From NCBI RefSeq assembly GCF_009914755.1, contig NC_060947.1: a stretch of 64,000 nt of DNA; one strand, given 5' to 3'. The position numbers and the translations under genes were made by a program. This DNA comes from the human T2T-CHM13v2.0 reference genome, Homo sapiens. The notes beneath the pieces were generated by a model. The model had not been told where the DNA came from. It searched no databases and saw only the letters and a list, made by a program, of their open reading frames with translations. Shown here one piece after another: positions 46,727-64,000 of the stretch; position 1 is the stretch's first letter; every line of letters begins with the position of its first letter.

Positions 46727-49362
46727 CAACATAATACTGGAAATCTGAGCTAAAGCAATCAGACAAGAGAAATAAATGGAATGGAAGAAGTCAAATTATC
46801 TCTGTTTGAGATGATATGATCTTATATTTGGAAAAAAAATCTGAAGACTCCAGGAAAAAACCTATTAGAACTGATAAACAAATTCAGTAAAATTGCAGGA
46901 TGCAAAATCAACATACAGAATCAGTAGCATTTCTATATGCCAACAGTGAACAATATGAAAAAGAAATTTAAAACGTAAGCCCACTTGTAATAGCCACAAA
47001 TAAAATTAAATATCTAGGGATTAACCAAAGAAATGAAAGATCTCTAAAATTAAAATTATGAAATGCTAATGAAAAAAATGAAGAGGACACAAAAAAATGG
47101 GAAACTATTCCATGTTCATGAATTGGAAGAATCAATATTGTTAAAATGTCCATAAGACCCAAAGCAATCTGCAGATTCAATGTAATCCCTATCAATATAC
47201 CAATGACATTCTTCACAGAAATAGAAAAAACAATACTAAAATTTATATGGAACCGCGTAAGACCCATAGTAGCCAAAACTATCCTAAGCAAAAAGAAAGA
47301 AACAGAACGAATCACATTATCTTACTTCAGATTATACTACAGAGCTATAGTAACCAAAGCAGCATCATGATACTGGCATAAAGACAGACACACAGACCAA
47401 TGGAACAGAAGAGAGAACCCAGAAACAAATCCACATACCTACAGTTAACTCACTTTTGACAAAGGTGCCAAGAACATACACTGGGGAAAAGACAGCCTCT
47501 TTAATAAATGGTGCTGGAAAAACTGGATATCCATATGCAGAAGAAAACAAACCCCATATATCTCGTCATATACAAATATCAAACCAAAATGGGTTAAAGA
47601 CTTAAATTTAAGACTTCAAACTATAAAACTGCTATTAGAAAGCATTGAGAAAACTCTCCAGAGTCCTGTTCTGGGCAAAAATTTATTGAGTAGTACCCCA
47701 CAAGTACAGGCAAGCAAGGCAAAGATTGACAAATAGGATCACATCAAGTAAAAAAGCTTGTGTACAGCAAAGGAAGTAGTAATCCATAAAGTGAAGAGAC
47801 AACACACAGAATGGGAGAAAATATTGGCAAACTACCCATCTAACAAGGGATTAATAACCAGAATATATAAGGAGCTCAAACAACTCTATAAGAAAAAAAA
47901 AACTAATGATCCAATCATGAAATGAACAAAAATTTGAATAGACATTTCTCAAAAAGAGACATATAAATGGCAGTTACATGAAAAGGTGTTCAGCATCACT
48001 GATCATCAGAGAGATGCAAATGAAAACTATAATGAGCTATCATCTCACCACAAATAAAATGGCTTTTATCCAAAAGTCAGGCAATAATAAATGCTGGAAG
48101 GGAATCCTCATACACTGTCGGTGGGAATGTAAATTAGCACAATCACTCTGAAGAACAGTTTGGAGATTCCTCAATAAGCTAAAAACTGACCCACCATGTG
48201 ATCCAGCAATCCCACTGCTGGGTATATATCCAAAAGAAAGAAAATCAGTATATCAAAGAGGCATCTGCACTCCCACGTTTGCTGCAGCACTGTTCACCAT
48301 AGCTAAGACTTGAAAGCAACCTAAGTGTCCATCAACAGATAAATGGATAAAGAAAAATGGGGCATTATTCACAATAGCAAAGACTTGGAACCAACCCAAA
48401 TGTCCAACAATGATAGACTGGATTAAGAAAATGTGGCACATATACACCATGGAATACTATGCAGCCATAAAAAATGATGAGTTCATGTCCTTTGTAGGGA
48501 CATGGATGAAATTGGAAATCATCATTCTCAGTAAACTATCGCAAGAACAAAAAACCAAACACCGCATATTCTCACTCATAGGTGGGAATTGAACAATGAG
48601 AACACATGGACACAGGAAGGGGAACATCACACCCTGGGGCCTGTTGTGGGGTGGGGGGAGGGGGGAGGGATAGCATTGGGAGATATACCTAATGCCAGAT
48701 GATGAGTTAGTGGGTGCAGCGCACCAGCATGGCACATGTATACATATGTAACTAACCTGCACATTGTGCACATGTACCCTAAAACTTAAAGTATAATAAT
48801 AAAAAAAGAAAAATGGGGTACATATACACAATGGAGAACTATTCAGACATAAAAAAAGGAACGAGGTCCTGTCATTTGCAACAATGTGGATGGAACTGGA
48901 GATCATTATGTCAAGTGAAATAAGCCAGGCACAGAAAGAGAAACATTGCATGTTCTCACTTATATATGGGATCTAAAAATCAAAACAGTGAACTCATGCA
49001 TAAAGAGAGTAGAAGGATGATTTCCAGAGGCTGGGAAGGGTAGTGGGGGGCACTGGGAGAGGTGGGGATGTTTAATGTGTATTAAAAAATCATTTAAAAG
49101 AATGAATAAGACCTACTGTTTGCTAGCACAACAGGGTGACTTGACTATAGCCAATAATTACTTAATTGTACATTTAAAAATAACTAAAAGAATGTAATTG
49201 AATTGTTTGTAACACAAAAGCTAAATGCTTGAGGTGATGGATACCCCATTCTCCATGATGTACTTATTTCACATTACATGCCTGTATCAAACCATCTTAT
49301 GTAACCCATACATATATACACCTACTATATACCCACAAAAATTAAAAATTGAAAAAATTAAA
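46727..49362 (+). mobile_element. L1MA (copy B), 5'-truncated
   Basis: ORF2 3' half ([24 protein letters not shown]) and L1MA 3'UTR ending acccacaaaaattaaaaatt. Confidence 0.88.
48361..48805 (+). mobile_element. Young 5'-truncated L1PA2-like insertion
   Basis: TSD AAAGAAAAATGGGG on both sides; gaaattggaaatc, aaactatcgcaagaacaa; GAG-type (non-Ta) 3'UTR. Confidence 0.93.
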
Positions 49363-50449
49363 AAGTCTTTATATGGCCATTCTTTGAAAATAGAAACTGA
49401 ACAAGAGAGTTTAGAGCTAAACATGTGATGCAAATATTAGACTATTTCATCTAAAATTAATAGTTTGAGTGGATAAAAGAATATATAAGAAGCCAAGAAG
49501 GTTTATGTATAGTTACTAAGGACAATGGATTGAGCTTTAGGCTTGTTGAACTTGTAGAGCTATGTGACATTCCTCCTTTGTTGATGAGAATACCAACAGA
49601 ACAGATAAACAAAATTGTTCTTCATTTGATTTTTATTGCCATATCTTTGGATTATACACAGAAGTCCAGACTTGGCTTTTATCCTTGAGAGTAAAAAATT
49701 AGGGAGTTTTGAGGCTTCTTCGCAGTTTCCAATTTTTTCAGAAATTGATTGAGGGGCTTTGTATGAGCTGTGGTCTTGATTCAGTCAAGTTATATGAACT
49801 ATTGTTATTTCAATGCTGTAAAATTGTCCTGCTTAGGGGCTCAGGAACATGGACAGGATTTGTATTGTGATATGGTAGTAGCGACTAGTATAAAAATTCC
49901 AGCCATGATTCACATCTCCCACTTGTTAAACCAAGATCTATAGAATTTTGAAAGATAATGTCGATGGTTTGCATCTATCAATTCCTAAGAATTTACAAAT
50001 AATAATCACCACTTCTGCTGTTTTTCAACTATTGACAGCAGTTCCAAGAAATGTGACTACTTGTCTTTGTATTTAGAACTACTTATTAATCTCTGCATCC
50101 TTGTGGAAAATGAAGCAAGAAATTCTTTATCATCTTGGTACTGTGAGAACCTTGTAAAAGTGTTGTGGGAAAGGTTTTACTGTTCAAGAATGACTAACTG
50201 TTTGGCTGGCAGATGGAGAGGCCATTCTCCTCAGAGTGAACATAATGTGCAGTAGCAAGGAGTAAATGAAAGCGTGTGGTATATTTTGAAACTCTGAGAT
50301 AACAGAAGAAGGACGAGGAGAGAGTAGGGACTGGGCAATGTGAATATGAGTTTGTTGGAAAAGTCCTCATCTAGCAGCGAAGACGTGTGATCTCTATCTC
50401 CTGAGCAACACCATTTCACAAATGAGGACCCTGGAACAGTTAACAAGGT

Positions 50450-50607
50450 TCCTAAAGCCTCTATATTCAATGTGTGGCCCCGGAACCAGAAGCATTGTAA
50501 TCACCTGGAAGCTTGCTTGTCATAAATACAGATACTTAGACCTTGCTTCAGACATACTGAAACAGAATCTGCATTTTAACAAAAGACCCAGAGGATTGCT
50601 TTTACAT
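50450..50607. mobile_element. MER5A-like hAT relic followed by (GT)n
   Basis: aatgtgtggccccggaaccagaagcatt...cagaatctgcattttaacaa. Confidence 0.8.
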
Positions 50608-51166
50608 TGTGTGTGTGTGTGTGTGTGTGCATTTAAAAAGATACAGGTGTCACAATTTCTTATTGTTTGGTCAATTTTAAAATTTAATACTGTATAATGG
50701 ATATCTCTTATGTCAACACAGATCTACGTTATTATTCATCATAAATAAACAGTAAGTTATTGTATCCATCGCTACTGATTGGTATTCATATTAATCCAAT
50801 ATTTTGCTATTGTAAGAAACATTCTGATTCAGAAACGCTGACGTAAAGACCTCTGAGCAGGACATCTAGGAGACACTGACTTTGTTATATCTCCCTTTCT
50901 GTTATATCTTGCTGCCTTAATAGACCACGTGGGCACATCACTTTCACTGATCTTTTTTTTCTTTGTAAATGTAAATTTTAATTGAATTATAAGGCCAGTT
51001 TACAGTGCATCTGTGGGCAGATTTCTTTAAAATGCATGGTACTTTAAACTTTGTCTTACGAGAGGTCCAGGAAAATGCCCACTAAGCCTCTGTGATTTTA
51101 ATACCGTGCCAGGCCATGGCAAAGTGAGGTGCCTCTGACGTTTGGGCTGCCACAGCGTGTTTTTCA

Positions 51167-51180
51167 GTTACTCTGGTAAC
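51167..51180. promoter_or_regulatory. Second X-box-like palindrome
   Basis: GTTAC-TCTG-GTAAC; a further half-site TAGCAAC at 51212-51218. Confidence 0.55.
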
Positions 51181-51279
51181 ACCTGTGACCTGAGGGTTAT
51201 TCTATTCGCGTTAGCAACTCGCGCGGGTTGGGAGGCGCCAATGAGAGCAGGGCTTGAAACTAGCGCTTGGCGTCTGATG

Positions 51280-51292
51280 GTTGCCTAGCGAC
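51280..51292. promoter_or_regulatory. RFX X-box motif
   Basis: GTTGCCTAGCGAC, one mismatch from GTTGCCTAGCAAC, about 70 bp upstream of the ATG; typical of ciliary gene promoters. Confidence 0.8.
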
Positions 51293-51355
51293 GGTCGTCG
51301 ACGCTAATCCTTGGCCGGACGGATCCACATCTGTTTTCTGGCTACCGAGAGGGCA

Positions 51356-51436
51356 GCCATGAACACCCAAAAGGGTTCCCTCACCATAAACGTCCACAGA
51401 GGTTCCCTCGCCATGAGCATCCAAAGGGGTTCCCTC
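51356..51436 (+). repeat. 27-bp coding tandem repeat x3 spanning the start codon
   Basis: gccatgaacacccaaaagggttccctc / accataaacgtccacagaggttccctc / gccatgagcatccaaaggggttccctc. Confidence 0.9.
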
Positions 51437-51607
51437 GTCCCCCGGGATATGGATAGCTCGGGTAGAGACATGCAGCTGCGGGTGATCCCGGCTGAGGTGA
51501 AGTTCCTGGACACGATGGCCGGGAGGGTGTACCGCCTCCCGATTACTGTGCATAATATTTGCCGCTGGAACCAGAAAATCCGATTTAAGGAGCCCGTCAA
51601 GCCACAG
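51359..51607 (+). CDS. CFAP47: Cilia- and flagella-associated protein 47 (CXorf22), coding part of exon 1 (83 codons, phase-0 donor)
   Basis: GCAGCC-ATG at 51359 in a CpG-rich region. It translates MNTQKGSLTINVHRGSLAMSIQRGSLVPRDMDSSGRDMQLRVIPAEVKFLDTMAGRVYRLPITVHNICRWNQKIRFKEPVKPQ, which I recognise as the CFAP47/CXorf22 N-terminus. It ends at CAG|GTGACA (51607/51608), and there is an in-frame upstream stop TAA at 51305-51307. Confidence 0.92.
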
Positions 51608-54600
51608 GTGACACACTAAGGGGTGCTGGGAGCGGGACCTTGTGAGAGCGCCTCCTCACACTGCGTCTCTCTTTGCCCCAGGGAGTAGTCATCTGGCTCC
51701 TGCCGGGATGGAGGGAGGATTGGGCTTCCCGGGAAACAGTGACAGGTTTCTGTGTGTGTGCTCTTTTTGTTTCTCTTTGTTTTCTGTTTTGTTTAGGATT
51801 AGGAGATGGGGAGGGCAGGGTGGAGAAAAGCTGACCTAGAGCCTCCCCATTTCTTCAACCTGGGTTTAGAAACTTGTTAACAATCCCAAAATCTGTGCAA
51901 CTTGGTTTTATGATTTTGCTGTTGCCTTAAGAATTATGAGAACAAAATTCTCTATTAACTGCCCTTTGAATCATAAAGTGCCTGATAACTCCAGGAACTG
52001 TAGGATTAGTGGAAAGGTTCATTATTTCATATTTTAACAAACATTTGTTAAGCACCTACTATATAACGGGTAATAGACATGAGGAATACGGAATGGACAC
52101 AGCCCTGCCCTCATAGAACTTAGAAACTAATGAGGGGGTTTTAGTACAGATCTAACCATCAAGAAAGTTAATGTTCTGAGAGGGTGTTTCTATCTTCTAA
52201 TTTAAAGTGGGCAGAATTTCCTCTGTATCTCACTGTGTTATTTTACATCATGTGTGTGAATGGATGGTTATTAGTTCAGTATGATCACATTTTCTCAGGC
52301 AAATTTTTGATATAGGAAATGCGATAAGAATTTTTGAAATGTAAGCAATAAATAACTGAAAACTTCAAGAGATATTCCTAATAAAAAGTAGTGTTGAATA
52401 CAGCTGGACTATATGTGCAGAAAAAAAAGATGTCCGTAATTTTAGATTAAATTTACATATATTTCTTTGTATATATGTAGAAAAACCTATGTTAATGATT
52501 AGAAGAGCAATGAGAAAAAGGACTTCCATGTTCTAATTTTTGCTCTGTTAAAAAAATCGATGTATTATTTACTTACTAAAGTGCACAGATCTCAAAAGTA
52601 AAGTTTGATGAATTTACAAAAAAATAAATATGTGTGTGTGTAGATAGATAGCTAGATAGATAATCTCCATTAGCTACCACCTGGATCAAATAATAGAATA
52701 TGTTCACTACCCCAGAAGATCCCCAGTGCTTCTTCCTTACAGTACCTGGAGTAATCACCCTGTGGAACTGACCACTATTCTGATTTCTAACATGGTAGAT
52801 TAGTTTGGCCTCTCCTTGGCTTTCATATAAATGGAATCAGGTTTTAATGATTTTCATATTTAAATATTTTTATTAAAAAGTATATCTCAAGAGACTATTA
52901 ACTCCTCTTTAAATCAAAAAGTACTTGCTTACTCCAGACACTGTAAAATTAAGGAAAGCCTGTGTTATTTCACTACCTTAGCACATATTTATTGAACAAT
53001 TACTTGTGTATCTGAAAATACTTTCTTTTGAAACAAGCTGGTGGTAATAATGTTTGGATGTGGACAACCACTATTTTATGGATGTTCAGGGGACACTTGT
53101 ATGGATGGTTTCTGTGCAGTAACAAGAAAAATATTATAATTGGTTTTATTTCAGTTTATATCTAGGATATAATGGAAAACAATTCATTCCACAAGTCTTG
53201 ACATTGACAAGAGAACATCTAGATATGCTTAGTAGTTAGAAGCCAATATCAGTGTGAATTTTCCTTTGTTGCAAGACTATGAAATGCACTCCTGATCCTT
53301 CATAAAGGGAATTAGATAAATAGTGAAAAGTGCATCTTGTTGGGGTGGGGGATAAGAAAAAGTAAAAACAAGGTGCTGTGGAAAGGGCATTGTCATCATC
53401 ACTATTATAATCACTCAGAAAATGATTCCTCTAACATACAGCAGTGCTTGTTTTTCACCCAGACTCAAGAACCTGCATTGACCCTATGTATTGAATACCC
53501 ACTATGTGTCATAGATTGCTGGTAGAAAAATAAGAAGACACATACTTTATCTTCAAAGAAAATATAATTGATAGTACTATTACTGATTTTCAATAACATC
53601 CTTCAATCTCACGAACACTATCCATCTAAGAGTGTTTTTATGGCTTGTGTGGCCTCTGGTCTGGTCAGACCAGCCTTACTCATACCTGCCCCCTCTCCCT
53701 TATGACTCAGACTTCTTTTTCTTCTCACCCACATTTTCATACCCTGTCATCTGCAAAAATCATCCCTTTCCAAATCCCATGCATCTTTTAAGGTCAATGT
53801 GAGTTCTCATTTTCTCTAAGAAGTCTGTTATTATTTTATCCCCAAATTATTTCTGTCTTACTGGATACCATTTTCATTTACAGACATTCCTTATAGTTTG
53901 AATTTGTGTCCCTATGCCTCTTGTTAAATGTTAGTACTGCCTCCATTTTCAGCTCATAAACTGCTAAGAGTAGGGATGGTGCCTTGCACACATTTGCATC
54001 TCACTAAGAGTGCTCAACAACATGCAGTTTGACCAAAAGCACATGGTTCTGAAGTATTGGTTTTCCTTCTTGAAACTATAGCTTACTTACAAGAAGATAG
54101 TCAAACCTGATATGTGGACTTCCAACACCCAAAGGCTTATGTGGAAAATATTGTATCCCTTGTTTTCCTTCTGTTCTATAAATTGCACGAGGGTTGAGAG
54201 TTCAAATGTGGTAGTTAGGAGGTATCAGCATTGTTTGCTGAAAGCATGAAGCTCCCAGATCAGTGTTACTTCCAAATCACTCCACTTCTCTATATCCTTA
54301 ATTGCTGCAAAGCACTATTTAGACTCAGCCTCACATTAGAATCCCTGAATAATCATTTTCAACATAACCTCCATTGTTTCTGATTGAGGACTCTTGCCCA
54401 GGGAGGCTGGCTTATTATCTGCTTTCTGAGAGACTATTTTGCTTATTCTTGTTTCTGCTTGTGTCTGAGATATTTTTACACCTATAATGAGCACCTTCCT
54501 CGCTTCTTCTCCACCTTTAATATCCATTCTCTAAGACTAGGCCAGGTACACTCCTTTCTAGCCCACAATAATCATGTCCTCTCATGGATTTTCTTGACAC

Positions 54601-55097
54601 TTATGTCTCTATCACTCATATGGTGCTTAACTAGTCCCTGGCTTATATTTAATTTTCAAGGGGTTTGTAGTCTGCTTCCTTAAAGAGATTATGTATTCAG
54701 GAGAGGGACTCTTTCTAGTTGAAGGGGAGGAAGTGCTTATGATTTAGAGTCAGATAGATATGTTTTTGAGTCTTCACTTCCTGAGTGACTTCAGACGTTA
54801 ATTATACTTTACATGTCCCAGTTCCCTCATCTATATACTGAGAGCCTTAATATCAGCCTCACAGGACTGTAGAAGTGTATTTACATAAGATAATACATGT
54901 AAAATGCTTGACACATTATAAATGCATAATAGATATTATTTCTCTTTTTTCTCCCTTTATATTTTTCCTGGCATCTAGCAAACGTCTTACTAGAACAAAA
55001 GTGTTTTTATCCTCTTTGTTGTATTCTTCTTTTATTTTTCCTCCAAGTTATGAAGCTCAAATTCCCATGGATAAAGCATATAAAATATACATATGAG

Positions 55098-56184
<1,087 letters not shown>

Positions 56185-56424
56185 GATTGAGCAACATTTT
56201 TATTAGGTTGTTCTTCCTTTTTTCTGTATTCAGATTTTAAGCTTCTTAGAATAGAAGCCACGTTAGTTCTATAAGTATCTTATATTTTTAAAGTAGTCCA
56301 TTGGCATTTATATGTTTCTTAGCTACCTGCATTGTCAGATTCAAGTTGTGTACTCTTGAAAGCATATCTTAAATATTTAGAATCAGATAGGTAAAAACAT
56401 GAGCATTAAGTCTTTGCCTTTAGG

Positions 56425-57135
56425 TACATAAGACAAATATCACTTGCTCTCACTTACATGTGAAATATAAAAATTCAGACTCGTAGAAGTAGAGAGTAGA
56501 ATGGTGGTTACCAAAGGCTGAGGGTTGGGGTGGGCAGAGAAAGGAAAAATGTTGGTCAAAGGGTACAAAGTTTCAGTTAAACAGGAAGAATGAGTTCCGG
56601 TGATCTATTGTACAGCAAGGTGACTATAGTTAATAATAAAGTATTGTATGGCTGGGTGCCGTGGCTCACGCCTGTAATCCCAGCACTTTGGGAGGCCGAG
56701 ACAGGTGGATCATGAGGTCAGGAGATCGAGACCATCCTGGCTAACACAGTGAAACCCCATCTCTACTAAAAAATTACAAAAAATTAGCTGGGCGTGGTGG
56801 CGGGTGCCTGTAATCCCAGCTACTCGGGAGGCTGAGGCAGGAGAATGGCGTGAACCCCAGGGGGCGGAGCTTGCAGTGAGCAGAGATCACGCCACTGCAC
56901 TCCAGCCTGAGCAACAGAGTGAGACTCCATCTCAAAAAAAAAATAATAATGTATATCTCAAAATTGCTAAAAGAATGGATTTTAAATGTTCCCAGTACAA
57001 ATAAATAAGTGATGTGATGGATATGTTAATTAGCCTGATTTGCTCATTCCACAATGTATACCTGTATTAGTACATCATATTGTAGTCAACGAATATATAC
57101 AATTATTTGTCAATTAAAAATAAAATTAAAATTAG
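56425..57135 (+). mobile_element. L1MA 3' end with AluY inserted at 56650-56942 (+)
   Basis: gaagtagagagtagaatggtggttacc...gggtacaaagtttcagtta; AluY diagnostics gaatggcgtgaaccc and gcggagcttgcag. Confidence 0.9.
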
Positions 57136-57203
57136 AAAGTCTTTGGCATTAGGGCAGGAATAGAGCCTGTATTTTGATAATAATATAACACTCCTAACTA
57201 TAG

Positions 57204-57513
<310 letters not shown>

Positions 57514-57575
57514 ATGGTATTTTTTTTTTATAAGGAGTTAAAATGTATAATTTGACTCTCTTTCTCCCACTGAAG

Positions 57576-57727
57576 TTCAAACTGATGTTGACCAGTCTGG
57601 ATAAAGAACTTGCTTCTGGCCTTCAGATGACAGCTATGGTGGAATATCATCCTGATAAAGACGAAGACACTTTTGACCGGCTACTTATTTCAATAGAAAA
57701 TAAAACAACAGAAATTCCTCTAATTGG
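57576..57727 (+). CDS. CFAP47: CFAP47 exon 2 (152 nt, phase 0 to phase 2)
   Basis: Polypyrimidine tract ctctctttctcccactgAAG|TTC; reads [51 protein letters not shown] in frame with exon 1; donor GG|GTATGT. The peptide pattern is consistent with an Ig-like ASH/MSP-type domain. Confidence 0.92.
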
Positions 57728-58414
57728 GTATGTAATCTTCATAGTTCATGCTGACATTTTGAATACTCTTTAAATAAAAATGAGGGTCAAAGTAATATTT
57801 TGTATTTTTTCTGACATAGTTTCCTGACAGTTGAACTTAAAGGACACATTTTTAGAAAATAGTAGTGTTTGTAAGAAATGAAACCTCATTCTCTGTTATT
57901 TTTATTTAAAAAACGACATTCAACAATTGAATGTATTAATAATTGAATTTTTGCAAACTTGTATTCACATTTTAATTTAATTTTAAAGTATTGTCAGGTT
58001 CACTTCACCAAATTTTAAATTAGGCAAATGTTTGGTGTCAAAAAAATCAAAATGCTGTTCTTCTGAGACTGGTTGAAAAATATGGATGGATGTAAGTATA
58101 AAAAAGAGCTAAGTGACTGACTTGGTTGTTACAAATTATTTAACCAGGATGAATGATGATTCATTTGTTGTTTTTTAATATTAAAAAGTATATTTCTGTT
58201 CATCATAAATTTATCAAAGTTAGTGTTAAAATTTAAAGTGTTTCTTTATTTATATACATACATATATGATCCTCCTTTTCCCCAGCAGAATGTGGTTTCC
58301 ATAGGTGTTTTCTTTTGCCTCTATTTGCCCACCACCTACAGAATTAATTTGGAATATTTTCTGCGGATTACATGGTATTAGATATATACCTTTTACAAAA
58401 TTCCCTTCTATTCA

Positions 58415-58729
58415 GGCTGGGTGCAGTGGCTCATGCCTGTAATCCTAGCACGTAGCACTTTGGGAGGCCAAGGCGGGTGGATCACTTGAGCTCAGGAGTT
58501 GGAGACCAGCCTGGGCAACATGGTGAAACCCCACCTCTACAAAAAATACAAAAAAAAGAAAAAAAAACCTGGGAGTGGTGGCGCATGACTGTAGTCCCAG
58601 CTACTTGTAGGGCTGAGGCAAGAGGATCACTTAAACCCAAGAGGTAGAGGCTACAGCGAGCCGAGATCACGCCACTGCACTCCAGCCTGGATGACAAAGT
58701 GAGACCCTATCTCAAAAAAAAAAAAAAAA
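58415..58729 (+). mobile_element. Alu (AluJ-like), intron 2
   Basis: TSD aaaattccctt. Confidence 0.94.
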
Positions 58730-59155
58730 TTCCCTTTCTTTTTCATTTCTATAAACTAAATTTAGATCCTCAATTATTTTGTTTCTTTGTGTTGTTGAGA
58801 AGTTCTGATTTAGCACATCATCCCATTTTTGCATAGGAATCAAACAGTAGACACATGGTAGGAAAAAAACAAGCTATTAACCCAGTATAAATATTTAATT
58901 CGTGTTTTGCAGTTTAAGTAGAACCATTTTGTATGCATTCTGCACTTTGACATATCTATGACTGGCACTCAGATTTGCTTGTTTGTGGTATGTATGGAGA
59001 GACAGGTTGAAGATGCTTCTGTCCTTGAAAACAGAGATTTTTTTCTTGTTTCCAGAGTATATGCCCTCTCTCATCAGAAGCCTGTTTCTCACCATGGTTG
59101 CAATATAAGAAGAGCACTGCCCTTCTTTTGGTGTGATGGACAGGGTTGAAGGAAG

Positions 59156-59197
59156 GTGTGTGTGTGTGTGTGTGTGTATGTGTGTGTGCATGTGTGT
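59156..59197. repeat. (GT)n microsatellite, slightly interrupted
   Basis: Direct reading. Confidence 0.93.
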
Positions 59198-59199
59198 TA

Positions 59200-63500
<4,301 letters not shown>

Positions 63501-63519
63501 CTTTGCTATTTCCATTGCT

Positions 63520-64000
<481 letters not shown>

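Larger units (their letters stand above)
51100..51740 (+). promoter_or_regulatory. CpG-rich promoter/first-exon region of CFAP47
   Basis: The only non-Alu CpG-dense stretch in the window (ttcgcg, tcgcgcgg, gcgacggtcgtcgacg); CCAAT at 51238-51242. Confidence 0.85.

Noticed and set aside
51311-51358. N-terminal extension from TTG at 51311 given in the ORF track
   Set aside because: Near-cognate start in poor context; the ATG at 51359 has a good Kozak context and matches the known N-terminus.
51260-51616. Antisense ORFs (118 and 98 aa) over exon 1
   Set aside because: Shadow frames of a GC-rich coding exon; no independent support.

Overview
Primate (almost certainly human) AT-rich, repeat-dense genomic DNA; nothing here looks prokaryotic. 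About 51 kb of gene-free sequence (old and young L1s, about 20 Alus, MaLR/ERVL LTR relics, MIR, DNA-transposon relics, microsatellites) lies upstream of a small CpG-rich promoter with RFX X-box motifs. It is followed by the first two coding exons of a gene I recognise from its peptide as CFAP47 (formerly CXorf22, Xp21.1, cilia/flagella-associated protein): 51359-51607 and 57576-57727 on the + strand, continuing beyond the window. Almost all other listed ORFs are by-products of repeats. I found no convincing new biological system. The best leads are: a 27-bp triplication containing the CFAP47 Kozak/start codon; a candidate poison exon whose donor runs into a (TG)n tract; two inverted old L1MA copies sharing apparently non-consensus variants; an L1PA with an intact 5' end, inverted ORF2 piece and no 3' tail; inverted Alus around exon 2; and a ~170-bp imperfect hairpin at the window start. 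Repeat subfamily calls and boundaries come from reading by eye against remembered consensus sequences and are approximate.
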